64,000 nt of DNA, taken from NCBI GenBank assembly GCA_938045545.1, contig CALIBN010000015.1, positions 20,962 to 84,961 on the forward strand. The letters are read 5' to 3'. The DNA is from an uncultured archaeon. Its GTDB lineage: Archaea; Thermoproteota; EX4484-205; JAAOZP01. The notes below the pieces were generated by a model. The model saw only the letters and a program-made list of their open reading frames with translations. It did not search any database and had not been told where the DNA came from. This document shows positions 29,942 to 40,197 of this stretch, in pieces. Position 1 is the first letter of the stretch; every line of letters starts with the position of its first letter. The position numbers and the translations under genes were made by a program.

Positions 29942-30532
29942 TCAAGAGGCAGTGCGAGGTGCACCACAGTTGGGACATCTAGTCTGGTTTTGCGGGAAAA
30001 CTGTTCCACAATACTTGCATGAAACGGTTAATGGTGCTTGCTGAACCTGAGGGGGTTGAGAGACTTGTATTTCGGTAGTTTTACTAGTCGCATCTGGGCG
30101 ACCCTCTACTGCGACAACTCCCTTCAGACTCCAGACTACGATTCTATCCATACTTTTCAGAGAAGGCTGTGCTCCTGGAGGGATCAGTATTTTAAACTGG
30201 AAGCTTTGAATAAAGCCTTCTGAAATATGCAGAGGCCCTGCCAACTGTGGCCTAGCTGAAAATATTACTGCAGACTCCCAGACCTGTTGCTCAACCTCTC
30301 TTTTAAGAGCCGTGTTGTAAACCCTCTTCGTCTTGCGTACTCGCTCAATACATTCCAGCTCGCATCTGACCTCAGTACAGTCAAACTCTTCCTGAGACTC
30401 AACCTGTACTGTGCCCTCCACATTTCCACCGAGATAAAAAAGTTGATCCTTCAGAAACAAGGAGACGTTTACCCTGGGCGGAGTAACCTTCTCCCGAAGT
30501 TTTTTAAATAGGCTCATAAATGAGGATTTCAC
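29942..30532 (-). CDS. Arrestin-N/SpoOM-like protein with C-terminal zinc ribbon
   Basis: FYLGGNVEGTVQV, FQFKILIP...PS, WSLKGVVAVEGRPD; CKYCG..CPNCGA. Confidence 0.65.
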   Translation of the reverse strand: MKSSFMSLFKKLREKVTPPRVNVSLFLKDQLFYLGGNVEGTVQVESQEEFDCTEVRCELECIERVRKTKRVYNTALKREVEQQVWESAVIFSARPQLAGPLHISEGFIQSFQFKILIPPGAQPSLKSMDRIVVWSLKGVVAVEGRPDATSKTTEIQVSQPPQVQQAPLTVSCKYCGTVFPQNQTRCPNCGAPRTAS

Positions 30533-30582
30533 TTTTAGGAGGATTTAAGTTTTCAGACATGTGGAAATTTAAGATGGCAGGT

Positions 30583-31737
30583 TTACAATGGTATTAACAG
30601 GAGGTTTGAAAAAATTATTACAAGCCCCCCGATGAAAAAAGGCAAGTTTATATTTATAGAACCAGTGCATCCCGCTAAGTAGGGGCCTATAATGTTCCCC
30701 AAGGAGCTTATAAAGTTGACTACATTAAAGTCTCTCCCCCTAGTTTCATCGTTACAGTATTTTTGAACAAGGTAGCTTCTAAGAGGGAGCCATACTGAAG
30801 CGCCTGCAGGATCGTGCAGAAGCCATAGGGCTGCGGAAGTGGTGAAATCACCTGGCACAGTGGCCAGGGATGTGAAAACCCCCTGTATGCATGTGAAAAG
30901 GATGAGGGAGGACTTGTGTGAAAACTTTTTCAATCCTGTTACAATCCTGCTGCTGAACAACATGGGTATTCCCAGGCTAAGCCTGTGAACAGTCATCAGG
31001 ATTGAAAGCGTTTCCGGTGGCAACGAGAATTTCTTTGAAAAGAACATGGGTGTGATGAAGGAGTGTGTGGCAGAACCTCCGATCGTCACCACTAGACCGG
31101 AGACAGCCATTATCATAAGCCCCCTGTTTAAACCCTTGCCAACACGCTTTTCCCCGAGGTTTTTAGCGGCACGCCTTGCTGCCGGAACCTCTTGCTCAGG
31201 GAAGAAGAACACTATTGCTAAGAAACCTATTAATTGAAGAAGCCCCGAGAAAACAAGTGGAAGCCGGTAACCATAAGTGCTGATGAACAGTCCGGCGGAT
31301 GCAAGGCCCAACGCCTGAGAGGTGAATTCGAGCCCTGAAACCCTTGAATAAGATGCAATGAAGCCCCTGCGATCCTGTTCATAGACCATGGTTGCGAAAA
31401 CAGCATTTCGGATTGCGACCGCCGAGTCGAAAAGAATTTTGACGAGAACCATTACACCCACCGATTCGAATTGAGGTGTGAAGAAGTAGGAGAGCCCAGC
31501 AAGCAGCGAAGCAAGCGCCATGAAGACTTTTCTACCATACTTGTCCGATTTAGCGCCGAGAAAGATGCTTAGGAAAGCGATGAATATTGCTGAAGCTGTG
31601 AACACATATCCAATCTCCATAAGCGAGATAGAAACATGATCCATGTAGAGGGGAAAAATGATCTCGTAAAGCCCGAAGGAGAAGCCGAAGAGCCATGTAG
31701 ATACGACGAGCGCGGGGAGCCCTTTTCCGTTCAGCAT
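30583..31737 (-). CDS. MFS transporter
   Basis: GAKSDKYGRK motif A; about 12 TM segments. Confidence 0.88.
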   Translation of the reverse strand: MLNGKGLPALVVSTWLFGFSFGLYEIIFPLYMDHVSISLMEIGYVFTASAIFIAFLSIFLGAKSDKYGRKVFMALASLLAGLSYFFTPQFESVGVMVLVKILFDSAVAIRNAVFATMVYEQDRRGFIASYSRVSGLEFTSQALGLASAGLFISTYGYRLPLVFSGLLQLIGFLAIVFFFPEQEVPAARRAAKNLGEKRVGKGLNRGLMIMAVSGLVVTIGGSATHSFITPMFFSKKFSLPPETLSILMTVHRLSLGIPMLFSSRIVTGLKKFSHKSSLILFTCIQGVFTSLATVPGDFTTSAALWLLHDPAGASVWLPLRSYLVQKYCNDETRGRDFNVVNFISSLGNIIGPYLAGCTGSININLPFFIGGLVIIFSNLLLIPL

Positions 31738-31815
31738 GTGTTACCGGCCGTTAGACAAGAGGCTTATAAGCATTAACATCATTAAAGTTTTTAAGCAACC
31801 TTTCAAATAGTAAAC

Positions 31816-32364
31816 ATGGCTAAACGTAGCATAAGTATGAAATATTTTACTGAACCCGGGCCAGAGAATACTGGTAAAGTGATAAAGGCGGTTGCCGAGA
31901 GAATTAGAAAAGGAGGCTTGACGAAGGTTGTTGTTGCAAGCACCTCGGGTAGGACAGGAGTCAGATTTGCAAGGGCGTTGAAAGGTAAGGCGCAGGTTGT
32001 TGCCGTTTCCCATGAGAAGATGGATCAGAAGCTTAAGGGGAAGATAAGCAGTCTGGGGGGAATCGCTGAGGACGGTACGCATCTGCCGCTTCATGGAAGG
32101 GGGATGGATAAGGTTAGGGACACGTTCTACACTCTTGGACAAGGATTTAAAGTGGCTTTAGAGGTTATTCTAATTGCTGCTGACAAGGGGCTTGTTAAAC
32201 CGTATGAGGACGTTATAGGCATAGGCGGAAGCGGCGAAGGGGCTGACACGGCAGTGGTGGCGAGGGCAACACCAACCAGGGAGATTTTCAGCAGCGATAA
32301 GTCTAAGAGGCTTGAAGTGAGAGAAATAATCTGCATGCCTCTGAAAAAGAAGTGGTGGGATTAA
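31816..32364 (+). CDS. Pyruvate kinase C-terminal-like (MTH1675-type) protein
   Basis: YFTEPGPENT, VVVASTSGRTG, GQGFKVALE, GGSGEGADTA, EIICMP. Confidence 0.82.
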   Translation: MAKRSISMKYFTEPGPENTGKVIKAVAERIRKGGLTKVVVASTSGRTGVRFARALKGKAQVVAVSHEKMDQKLKGKISSLGGIAEDGTHLPLHGRGMDKVRDTFYTLGQGFKVALEVILIAADKGLVKPYEDVIGIGGSGEGADTAVVARATPTREIFSSDKSKRLEVREIICMPLKKKWWD

Positions 32365-32730
32365 GCGTTACTGGACAGGGCATAAGGCTGGAAAACAAAA
32401 ACCATCTTTTTTATCAAATATTAGGTAAAATATCATTATAAGCTAGGCGAATGCTTAAGAGTAACCTTTGCTTCAGAGTTCACTTTCCCCAGCATGTGGC
32501 TTCTCATAATGTAGCGTGCACTTACAGAAGTAAATTTCGAAGAAGACGTACTGATTTCTAGAGAATTTCGCAACTTTTTGAAAACAGCCACTGAGGCGCG
32601 CGAAGAGGAAAGATTTCAAAATTTTAGCAAGAAACCAGTTATGAAATTTAATAGTTTGTACATGCGAGCAGGCTCGAATCCTAAAGACTTATATCAAAGA
32701 AACAATTCCCCTGACCGGTGATAAACAAGT

Positions 32731-34137
32731 TTGAAACTCCATTATAGGCCTGCTGACGGGTTCTTCGGCGACGCCATACCTTTCTACTGGAGAGGAGTCT
32801 ACCACGTTTTTTACTTGAAGACAACCCGGGAAAAAGGAGATCGTCTTCTTTGGGCACATATCGCTTCAAACGATTTAATACACTGGAACGAAATGCCGGA
32901 TGCAATTCTGCCCGGTGAAAAAGATGCGCCTGACAGCGGAGGATGCTGGACAGGATCCGTTATAGAGAAGGATAATGTTTTTCACATGTTTTATACTGGA
33001 TGGAACCCGAGCGCACACTTTCCACAAACGATTTGCCACGCTGTCAGCAGCGACTTAATACATTGGAAGAAGGATGAACGTAATCCGATTCTTGTGCCTG
33101 ATGAACGTTGGTATGGAAAAGCCGACTGGAGAGACCCATTCGTGTTCTGGAATGCAGAAGAGAAGCGTTACTTCATGCTGATTTGTGCAACTATTAAAGG
33201 TGGACCCGCGGCAAAGAGAGGATGCATCGGACTTGCTAAATCCCGGGACTTGGAAAAATGGGAATGCCACCCGCCTTTCTACGCGCCGAATTTTTGCGGT
33301 CCAATGGAATGCCCTGATTTATTCAAGCTAGACGGGTACTGGTATCTGGTTTTCTCGGAGTTCACTGAAAAAATGCAGACGCATTATCGTGTGGCCGATG
33401 ATTTGAAAGGCCCTTGGCGGGTAGCAAAATCGGAGGTTTTCAACGGACAGCGCTTTTATGCTGCGAAGACGGCTGGAGACGGAATAAGGAGATTCTTATT
33501 CGGCTGGATACCGACGAGAGAGAATGAGAGTGACGAAGGTAAATGGCAATGGGGTGGACATTTAGCTATTCCCCATGAATTGAAAGTAGAGGTGGACAGG
33601 AGTCTTTCCGTACGGTGTCCAGAAGAAGTTGTCAACATGTTTCAGTTCAAAGACTTAGACATAGGGAAAAGTGTCTCGAGTAATCTTGGGAAATGGGTGT
33701 TTCAAGAAAACGGTGTCTATGGAGAACGTGTAGACGGGCTTGCCTACGCCACCATATCCGGCTTGAAAAACAATTTCGCACTGAAAGGCTATGTTTCCTT
33801 CCAGCCGGGTACTCGCTCATTCGGGCTGCTCATCCGAACCAGTGTTGATTTCTCCTTTGGCTATATACTTGAGTTTGAACCGGTTAGGAACAGAGTAATA
33901 TTTGACCGTTTCCCAAGAGCAGGTGATGCGGCGCCACTCGCCGAGTGTCCAATATATCTCGCACCAGATAAATCGATGCCATTCCTTATATTCGTTGAAA
34001 ACAGCATCGTAGAAGCGTTTATTGATAAACGTGTTGCACTATCTTGTCGAGCCTACGGAGGCCACGGTGAGCCAGCAGGTCTTTTCATAATCGAGGGTGC
34101 AGCAAGATATGAGAAAATACAGTTTGCTGAATTTTAG
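32731..34137 (+). CDS. GH32 glycoside hydrolase (beta-fructofuranosidase-like)
   Basis: GDAIPFY nucleophile region, WTGSV, WRDP, MECPD, FYAAK; C-terminal beta-sandwich SIVEAF. Confidence 0.88.
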   Translation: MKLHYRPADGFFGDAIPFYWRGVYHVFYLKTTREKGDRLLWAHIASNDLIHWNEMPDAILPGEKDAPDSGGCWTGSVIEKDNVFHMFYTGWNPSAHFPQTICHAVSSDLIHWKKDERNPILVPDERWYGKADWRDPFVFWNAEEKRYFMLICATIKGGPAAKRGCIGLAKSRDLEKWECHPPFYAPNFCGPMECPDLFKLDGYWYLVFSEFTEKMQTHYRVADDLKGPWRVAKSEVFNGQRFYAAKTAGDGIRRFLFGWIPTRENESDEGKWQWGGHLAIPHELKVEVDRSLSVRCPEEVVNMFQFKDLDIGKSVSSNLGKWVFQENGVYGERVDGLAYATISGLKNNFALKGYVSFQPGTRSFGLLIRTSVDFSFGYILEFEPVRNRVIFDRFPRAGDAAPLAECPIYLAPDKSMPFLIFVENSIVEAFIDKRVALSCRAYGGHGEPAGLFIIEGAARYEKIQFAEF

Positions 34138-34629
34138 CACACGCTATAGCACGCGCTGGAACATGCAGGATAAACGAATTGTTCGTAAAGCTGTAAGCAA
34201 CCACTCGCTAGGTGTTGAGCAGGCCAACTTCATGCTCAGCCTCCCCCTTGTTTTCAATTGTAGCCGTCGAAAATTTTTTGGTCCCTTAATTCTCCATTTT
34301 TTGAAAAAGTTGCTTCATGAGCATCCACGAGTTTAATAAGAGCATTTAGCACGCACGTAGTATGCACTTTAAATAATCTGCATGCCGCTAAAGAAGAAAT
34401 GGTGAGATTGAACCAATAAAGGAAGTGGCTTAGGGCTTTTTTCTCTGAACATGTTCCAGATAAGAAAAAGACTGCCGTCTTGTATAAACCCTTGTAAATC
34501 AGGTTGCGCGATGGAGCTGACTTAACACGGCGTTAACCCGCGGGATGAAGCTTTAGGCTAGGGATCAGAAGCCTCATACTTAAATATTAGGAGTTAAAAA
34601 TCCCGTTCTAGGCTAGGTGGGGTTTAGAG

Positions 34630-35304
34630 ATGGTTAGGAAGCTGCCGGATAGATTTCTTAAGTGGGCTTACTTTGACAGGGTTCGCTTCATCAAGTCAAT
34701 CCTAAACGCTGAAAAAATGGATAAGGTGATGTTCCTTATAGAGTCGACGAGGCATAACCCGGCTCTCTGCACAGCCCGCGTCAAGAATAATAAAATATTT
34801 TTGAACGCGAAGATCGTTGGCGCCGGCTTTGTTCCTAGGCAAAGTTTCCTCGAGGACGCTATTAGAGAGCTGTGGTCTCACGTGGAAACCGGGGGTTCAA
34901 TTACCAGTGAGGAGTATGCTAAAAATGGGCTTCAAATTTTGCTGAGACACCTCTATTTTGAGGATGAGAAAGAGGCGAACCATAGAGTCGACTTTACTAA
35001 AATAGCATCTCTTGAAATTAGTGTGAGAATAGCGTGGTCATCTAAGCACACATGGGAGAATATTCAGAGCTGTAGACAGGCAGTCATGCTTTACTATATG
35101 CCTCCTAACACGAGTTTCGAAGTTAGAGGTGAACTCGACGTATTGACCGAAGGAAAATATTTCGAATTCGTTAATTTAGCTCATGATGCATTTCACTACA
35201 CTCCTAGTGAAAAAAGAGCCTTTAAGCCATGTTACATCTTGAACGTCGAAGAGGTTTACGATAACAGTGCTACGGAGGAGGGTTTCGGCCGCCTTTTAGA
35301 ATAG
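34630..35304 (+). CDS. Conserved protein, PNPOx-like split-barrel family
   Basis: TRHNPAL, LNAKIVG, SKHTWEN, SFEVRG, VEEVYDNS. Confidence 0.55.
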   Translation: MVRKLPDRFLKWAYFDRVRFIKSILNAEKMDKVMFLIESTRHNPALCTARVKNNKIFLNAKIVGAGFVPRQSFLEDAIRELWSHVETGGSITSEEYAKNGLQILLRHLYFEDEKEANHRVDFTKIASLEISVRIAWSSKHTWENIQSCRQAVMLYYMPPNTSFEVRGELDVLTEGKYFEFVNLAHDAFHYTPSEKRAFKPCYILNVEEVYDNSATEEGFGRLLE

Positions 35305-35408
35305 ATGGTATAAAAGCGTTTAAACTGATGCTTCTAAGAATCCTCATCGCCTAAAGGAAAACCTATTTCTCTACAACTAGGTAGTGTGGATGCTGGAGGC
35401 AACTCACG

Positions 35409-36737
35409 TCAGGATAATTGACGCATCATCTTGGCTTCAGAGTTAACCCTACGCCAGTAGAGCTCAAACAATATGCCTGAAGACTTAGGCCTTATTTCTC
35501 TGATAAAGCTCTCTTCGAGCCTCAATGATTCTTCGAAGGCCTTGATTGTGATATTTTTCAAGTCCTCTAGAGATGCTTTACCATCAAGAAATTCTAATCT
35601 CAGTTCCTCGGCCCTAGAGTATAGCCGAGCCTCTAAAGACTCTATCTTTTTACATATCTTTGGAAAGTATTCTTTAAAGGAGCCCAGTATTCTCCTGCTT
35701 AACTTCTCATGTAGCCACCAGATTGAATTGGAGTCGTAAAGCCTATCCGGCGTTAGTTTCAAATCAGGTAGACCAGCCTCGATGAAGACCGGTTTGTAAA
35801 CACTTATGCAGGGAGTGGATGTTGCAGTAAACCAGTGGATCGGTAGTTTTTCGAAAAGCTGGCCAACGTAGGAGGCTGCAGTCTGAGAAGGCCTCGTAAG
35901 ACCCCCTGCATGCATACAGATGTCCCTCATAGATCCTTTCGGCGGTGTAAAGTTTTCACCAAGCGTATGGCTCCTCATAATATTCTTAACTAGATAAACA
36001 TCTATCTCACCCATATTTCGCTCTAAACATCCTTGTGTATACGCATGCCTCTCCCTGCCCCTGGCGAACCGAGAGTAAAACCAGTCTGAATAGCATTTTG
36101 AGAAATCAAAATCCTTATCGTCCTTGCACCAGCCTTTCTCAACAGCATGTTCAACAATGTTTTTAGAAGCCAGGTCCCACTTGTTTTTAATGGTTAAAGC
36201 GTTGGAAATACTCCTTACGTTCTTTACTTTCTCAGCAACCCAGTATTTCCCAGCGGTCTCTAAGACCCATGCTTCCCTAGGATCAGCTATTATGAAGGAG
36301 TTATGGTAATACGTTTTGCTTTTAAACCCACAGTTACCGCCTTGGCCGAATTCCTCCAAGTATTCAACTATCAGCATAAGGGCTTCGTACGAGTCTCTGC
36401 ATCTTTCCAAGGCCAGCCTTACCAAATCCATCCCGGTTAAGCCCTTCTCCAGCCTACCCTCTCTCGTGAACACTGCCTCGTTTCCAATGGCCAACCCGAA
36501 CTCGTTAACACCCATTTCAGCGCCCCACATCCAGACTGGCCTTGAAATCAGCACAGCATACGTTTGCTTTACCTGCGGAACCCTGATGTAAGTACAGTCC
36601 AAGAACTCCTCGTCATGCTCCATTCTAGGATGGAACTCCAACGCTTGAGGCTCGTTCGGCTCCCTGTCACTGTTCTTAGCGAAAATCGTAACTCCCTCCT
36701 TAGTCGAGTTCCTAAGCGCTACTAAAGTGTCGCACAT
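35409..36737 (-). CDS. C69 family dipeptidase / secernin-like Ntn hydrolase
   Basis: MCDTLVA (N-terminal Cys nucleophile), FAKNSDREPNE, WMWGAEMGVNE, GMDLVRLALER. Confidence 0.9.
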   Translation of the reverse strand: MCDTLVALRNSTKEGVTIFAKNSDREPNEPQALEFHPRMEHDEEFLDCTYIRVPQVKQTYAVLISRPVWMWGAEMGVNEFGLAIGNEAVFTREGRLEKGLTGMDLVRLALERCRDSYEALMLIVEYLEEFGQGGNCGFKSKTYYHNSFIIADPREAWVLETAGKYWVAEKVKNVRSISNALTIKNKWDLASKNIVEHAVEKGWCKDDKDFDFSKCYSDWFYSRFARGRERHAYTQGCLERNMGEIDVYLVKNIMRSHTLGENFTPPKGSMRDICMHAGGLTRPSQTAASYVGQLFEKLPIHWFTATSTPCISVYKPVFIEAGLPDLKLTPDRLYDSNSIWWLHEKLSRRILGSFKEYFPKICKKIESLEARLYSRAEELRLEFLDGKASLEDLKNITIKAFEESLRLEESFIREIRPKSSGILFELYWRRVNSEAKMMRQLS

Positions 36738-36835
36738 GCTTTTAGTTGGACTCGTTAAGGGAAAATAAACTTTTATCCAGATTTCTGGGAATTGTTTAAA
36801 ATTTTAACATGGAGAAGGGCTGCCCGCAGACATTA

Positions 36836-37834
36836 TCAGCGAGCCATTGAAGCCTCCAGGATTTTTGGGCATAACGGATCAGGATTGTTGAACGACCCGT
36901 AAAGCCTGTATGATCTGGCGTAGCATCCTCCTCTACAAGTCTCGATCAAAGGACAGTCTGGACACGTGTTACTCTCCATGATCTCCAAGATAACTCTGCT
37001 TGAACACAGCTCCCGCCATGCTTCCGAAAGACTCTTTCTGCGAACATTTGAAACAACAATGTCGAGAGTATCGCAGAGAAGCACTTCCCCTCCGGGACCG
37101 ATATCCATGTTCCTCTCAACCCTGCAAGAGTCCCATGAAACGTAGCGTGAGCTTACTATCAGGCTGGCGAACGGCATACACCATAGAGTAGTAAGGAAGC
37201 CCAGCTCATCAGCCGCCTCACAGGCCAAGCGTAAAGCCTTAATGCAGGAGTAAGCGTCAGCATGCCAATCCTTGTCTGCAGCCCTCCCAAAAGGCATTAC
37301 TGGGAGCAGTACCGCAGATGAGGCTCTCAGTCTCTCTGCAAGCCGCACAAAGTCTCCAGCCTCATTGGCGTTCAGCCGGGAAATGGAGAAGATAGGTGTG
37401 AAACTAACTTCCTCCTCCTTGAGAACCCTTATGTTCCGCATTAAAACATCCCAAGCTCCTGGGCCGCGCACGGCCTCATGCGTATTCTTAACCGCACCGT
37501 CTATGCTCGTGAAAACACGGATCCCAAGCGAGCTCAGCCTCCTTGCTTTATCCCGGGTTATTTCAGATAGGTTTGTAAAAAGAGAGACGTTGAGCCCATT
37601 GCTCGCGGCGGCAAGTATTTCGAAAATACCCTCTCTTAGAAGTGGTTCTCCACCTGTTAAATGAAGGTTTTTAACACCCATTTCACAGGCTTCCTCCACC
37701 AGTTTTAAAACTCGGTCCTTGCCGAGTTCACTGCTCCATGGACGGGAGGAAACGTAGCAATGCTCGCATCTAAAGTTGCACTTTGCCGTAAGCAGCCATG
37801 TTACGTACTCCGGAGGCCTTGGAATCGGGCTCAT
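36836..37834 (-). CDS. Radical SAM/SPASM protein
   Basis: CNFRCEHC, TGGEPLL, SPASM-like C...GEVLLC...CPDCPLIETCRGGC...DPLC. Confidence 0.9.
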   Translation of the reverse strand: MSPIPRPPEYVTWLLTAKCNFRCEHCYVSSRPWSSELGKDRVLKLVEEACEMGVKNLHLTGGEPLLREGIFEILAAASNGLNVSLFTNLSEITRDKARRLSSLGIRVFTSIDGAVKNTHEAVRGPGAWDVLMRNIRVLKEEEVSFTPIFSISRLNANEAGDFVRLAERLRASSAVLLPVMPFGRAADKDWHADAYSCIKALRLACEAADELGFLTTLWCMPFASLIVSSRYVSWDSCRVERNMDIGPGGEVLLCDTLDIVVSNVRRKSLSEAWRELCSSRVILEIMESNTCPDCPLIETCRGGCYARSYRLYGSFNNPDPLCPKILEASMAR

Positions 37835-38166
37835 AGTCTCACCTGAGAATTTTTTTGAAAGTTACAGTCGGCAATGGTGAAAAATTGGGGTATTAATGCG
37901 TTGCCGTGAAAAGAGTCCCACGTCAACCATTATGGGAGGGTTGTGGGAATAACCTTATATTGCGATTCGCCATATCCCAAGTCGGCTAAGCTTACTGTCG
38001 AAGAACGCATTTTTTAGCAGCAGTGCAACTTCTACGGTGGGAGGCGAGAGGAGCAAAGGATACTTCTATCTTAGAAGGAGCCCCGCCGCGAAGAGATTAA
38101 AGACGGGAGAAGACACTTCGCATAAGTGCCACTGGCTTCCAGCCGCGGGAGCGTAAAAAACTTATA

Positions 38167-39015
38167 TTGATGCAGAATCACCCGCCCCATGTGAACGTGG
38201 CTGAAGCCATAAGCCTCACCCTTATCGCTTTCGCATCGACAACACTGCTTTCAGCCGTCGGGTTGGCAGGTGGCGTGCTAATAGTCCCCGTCTTGGTCCT
38301 GCTTTTCGGGCTGGAGTCAAGATATGCTGCAGGCACGGGTGTTTTCGCAATAATATTCGGAATATTCTCAGCCGCATTCACGTATTTCAGGCAGAGGAGG
38401 GTCGACGTGAAGCTCGCCCTGCTCTTCGACACGCTGGACATACTTGGCGTGGTGGCAGGAGCATACTTAGTGGTTATCTTACCATCCAGGGTCACAGCTC
38501 TCCTCATGGGTGGTTTTCTACTATTTTCAGCGTGGAGGCTTTGGGCGGGCAGTGTTAAGGAGGCGATAAACGTTGAAAGGAAGAGCCGGGGGATATCTGT
38601 TAAGCGTCGTCTGACAGACAGGGATGGAAACGTCTATGAGTATGAGCTTGGCGTTCCGGAGCTCGCCTTATCACAGCTTGCAAGCATCTTAAGCGGGGTT
38701 GCCACAGGCCTGTTCGGAATAGGAGGGGGAGCGGTTGATACTACTATGATGATGCTGATCGGAGTCCCACCCCACGTAGCTGTAGCCACATCGGTTTTCG
38801 GAATGACGATAACGAAGATCACGGGTGTCATCTCGCATCTCGCATTGGGAAATGTTTTACTGGAATACGGCGTGCCGCTAGCCGTCGGAGCAACGGTGGG
38901 AGGGCAGCTTGGCCCAAGGATTTCTAGGAGGCTCCGGCCTCTGATGCTGAGGAAGGCTTTAAGCATAGTCGTCCTCCTCGTGGGTCTCAGAATGGCAACC
39001 CTATGGTTTGAATGA
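38167..39015 (+). CDS. TauE/SafE sulfite-exporter family membrane protein
   Basis: GLAGGVLIVP, GLFGIGGG, HVAVATS, GGQLG. Confidence 0.88.
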   Translation: MMQNHPPHVNVAEAISLTLIAFASTTLLSAVGLAGGVLIVPVLVLLFGLESRYAAGTGVFAIIFGIFSAAFTYFRQRRVDVKLALLFDTLDILGVVAGAYLVVILPSRVTALLMGGFLLFSAWRLWAGSVKEAINVERKSRGISVKRRLTDRDGNVYEYELGVPELALSQLASILSGVATGLFGIGGGAVDTTMMMLIGVPPHVAVATSVFGMTITKITGVISHLALGNVLLEYGVPLAVGATVGGQLGPRISRRLRPLMLRKALSIVVLLVGLRMATLWFE

Positions 39016-39028
39016 GCTGAAAAACGTT

Positions 39029-40093
39029 TCAACCATTGCATTCACCGTAATAATTCATGAAGTCCTCGAACGCTGTGCAGACTGCGTCTATGTTTTCAAG
39101 CGGAACATCCGCGTGGATCTCGGAATACATCATTAAGCCGCCTTTCTCAGAACCCAGTTTGACAACAGCCTCCTGTATATGGCTCCTGATTTTTTCAGGA
39201 CTGCCAAAGGGCACTATGAGCTGCCGGTCTATGTCTAGGTCGATGCAAACCCTTCCCTTAATCTTCTCCCTTATATTGTCTATCCCGTTAACCCTATCCT
39301 GAATGTTTAAAACTGAAACCCCGGCTTCAATCAGGGCATCCGCCACCTCCATTATGTGACCGTCAGTATGCAGGTAAACCCTTATTCCTGATCTCCTAAC
39401 CCTCTGGAATATCTTTCTGTATGAGGGGTAGATGAACCTTCTGAAGGTCTTGACGCTGACAGGCATCCTGTCTTGAAGACCCAGGTCATCCCCGAAGGAA
39501 ACCATGTCAACCTTGAGCCTGATGAGCCTCTCGACCAGGGCTAGATTATAGTCAGTCAGCATCTCTATTAGTTTTTCAAGCTGACCGGTGTTTCTAACGA
39601 AGTCAATCATTAGGTTTTCAAAGCCCCGAAGATAATAGAGTCTTTGAAAGAAGAAGCCGTGAGGCATGCTTCCGACCACGATATCATCAGTGTTTCTCGC
39701 TCTATCTATCCTCTCCTCAATCGCGTCCCAAGGGTCTACTCCACCACCCTCCTGAACAATGCCTCTCTCCGGGTCTGGCAGACTGTAGTGCACTAGGTCA
39801 GCCCAATCCTCCAAAGGATGTTTCACAACCTGCCCCTGGAGTCCGCTTATATTGAACCTCCACAAGCATCCGAAGGCATCTAGAACCTCTCTCCCCCTGA
39901 CCCTGGCTCCGAAATCATTGAAGTTAACACTCCCTCTTTTAAAATCTGGGAAAAGCCTAGTATGCTTGGCAAGCAGGTCCTCAAGCTTCTCTCTATACTT
40001 GTTCCAAGCTGTTGGGAAAACTCCTAGCCTACAAGGGATCCATCCGCAGCCATTCATGTCTATGACTCTAAGCTTCTTCTCCCTGATGCTCAA
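39029..40093 (-). CDS. UroD/MtaA-CmuA family protein
   Basis: DAFGCLW, LRGFENLM, FGDDLGLQ, HTDG, DIDRQ, GGLM. Confidence 0.82.
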   Translation of the reverse strand: MSIREKKLRVIDMNGCGWIPCRLGVFPTAWNKYREKLEDLLAKHTRLFPDFKRGSVNFNDFGARVRGREVLDAFGCLWRFNISGLQGQVVKHPLEDWADLVHYSLPDPERGIVQEGGGVDPWDAIEERIDRARNTDDIVVGSMPHGFFFQRLYYLRGFENLMIDFVRNTGQLEKLIEMLTDYNLALVERLIRLKVDMVSFGDDLGLQDRMPVSVKTFRRFIYPSYRKIFQRVRRSGIRVYLHTDGHIMEVADALIEAGVSVLNIQDRVNGIDNIREKIKGRVCIDLDIDRQLIVPFGSPEKIRSHIQEAVVKLGSEKGGLMMYSEIHADVPLENIDAVCTAFEDFMNYYGECNG

Positions 40094-40197
40094 AACTAAG
40101 AATACGGGTTTTCAATCAAGCTTTAAACCTTACTTACAACTCGTACGCTTCGCCTAAGGCTAAAAACTTAAGTATTATCTGGAAACCCTGAGGAAAC

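Noticed and set aside
32660-32690. tRNA-like GCTCGAATCC
   Set aside because: No cloverleaf or acceptor stem around it.
34505-34575. Fluoride-riboswitch-like GCGATGGAG...GATGA
   Set aside because: The P1 stem cannot form and the downstream gene is unrelated.
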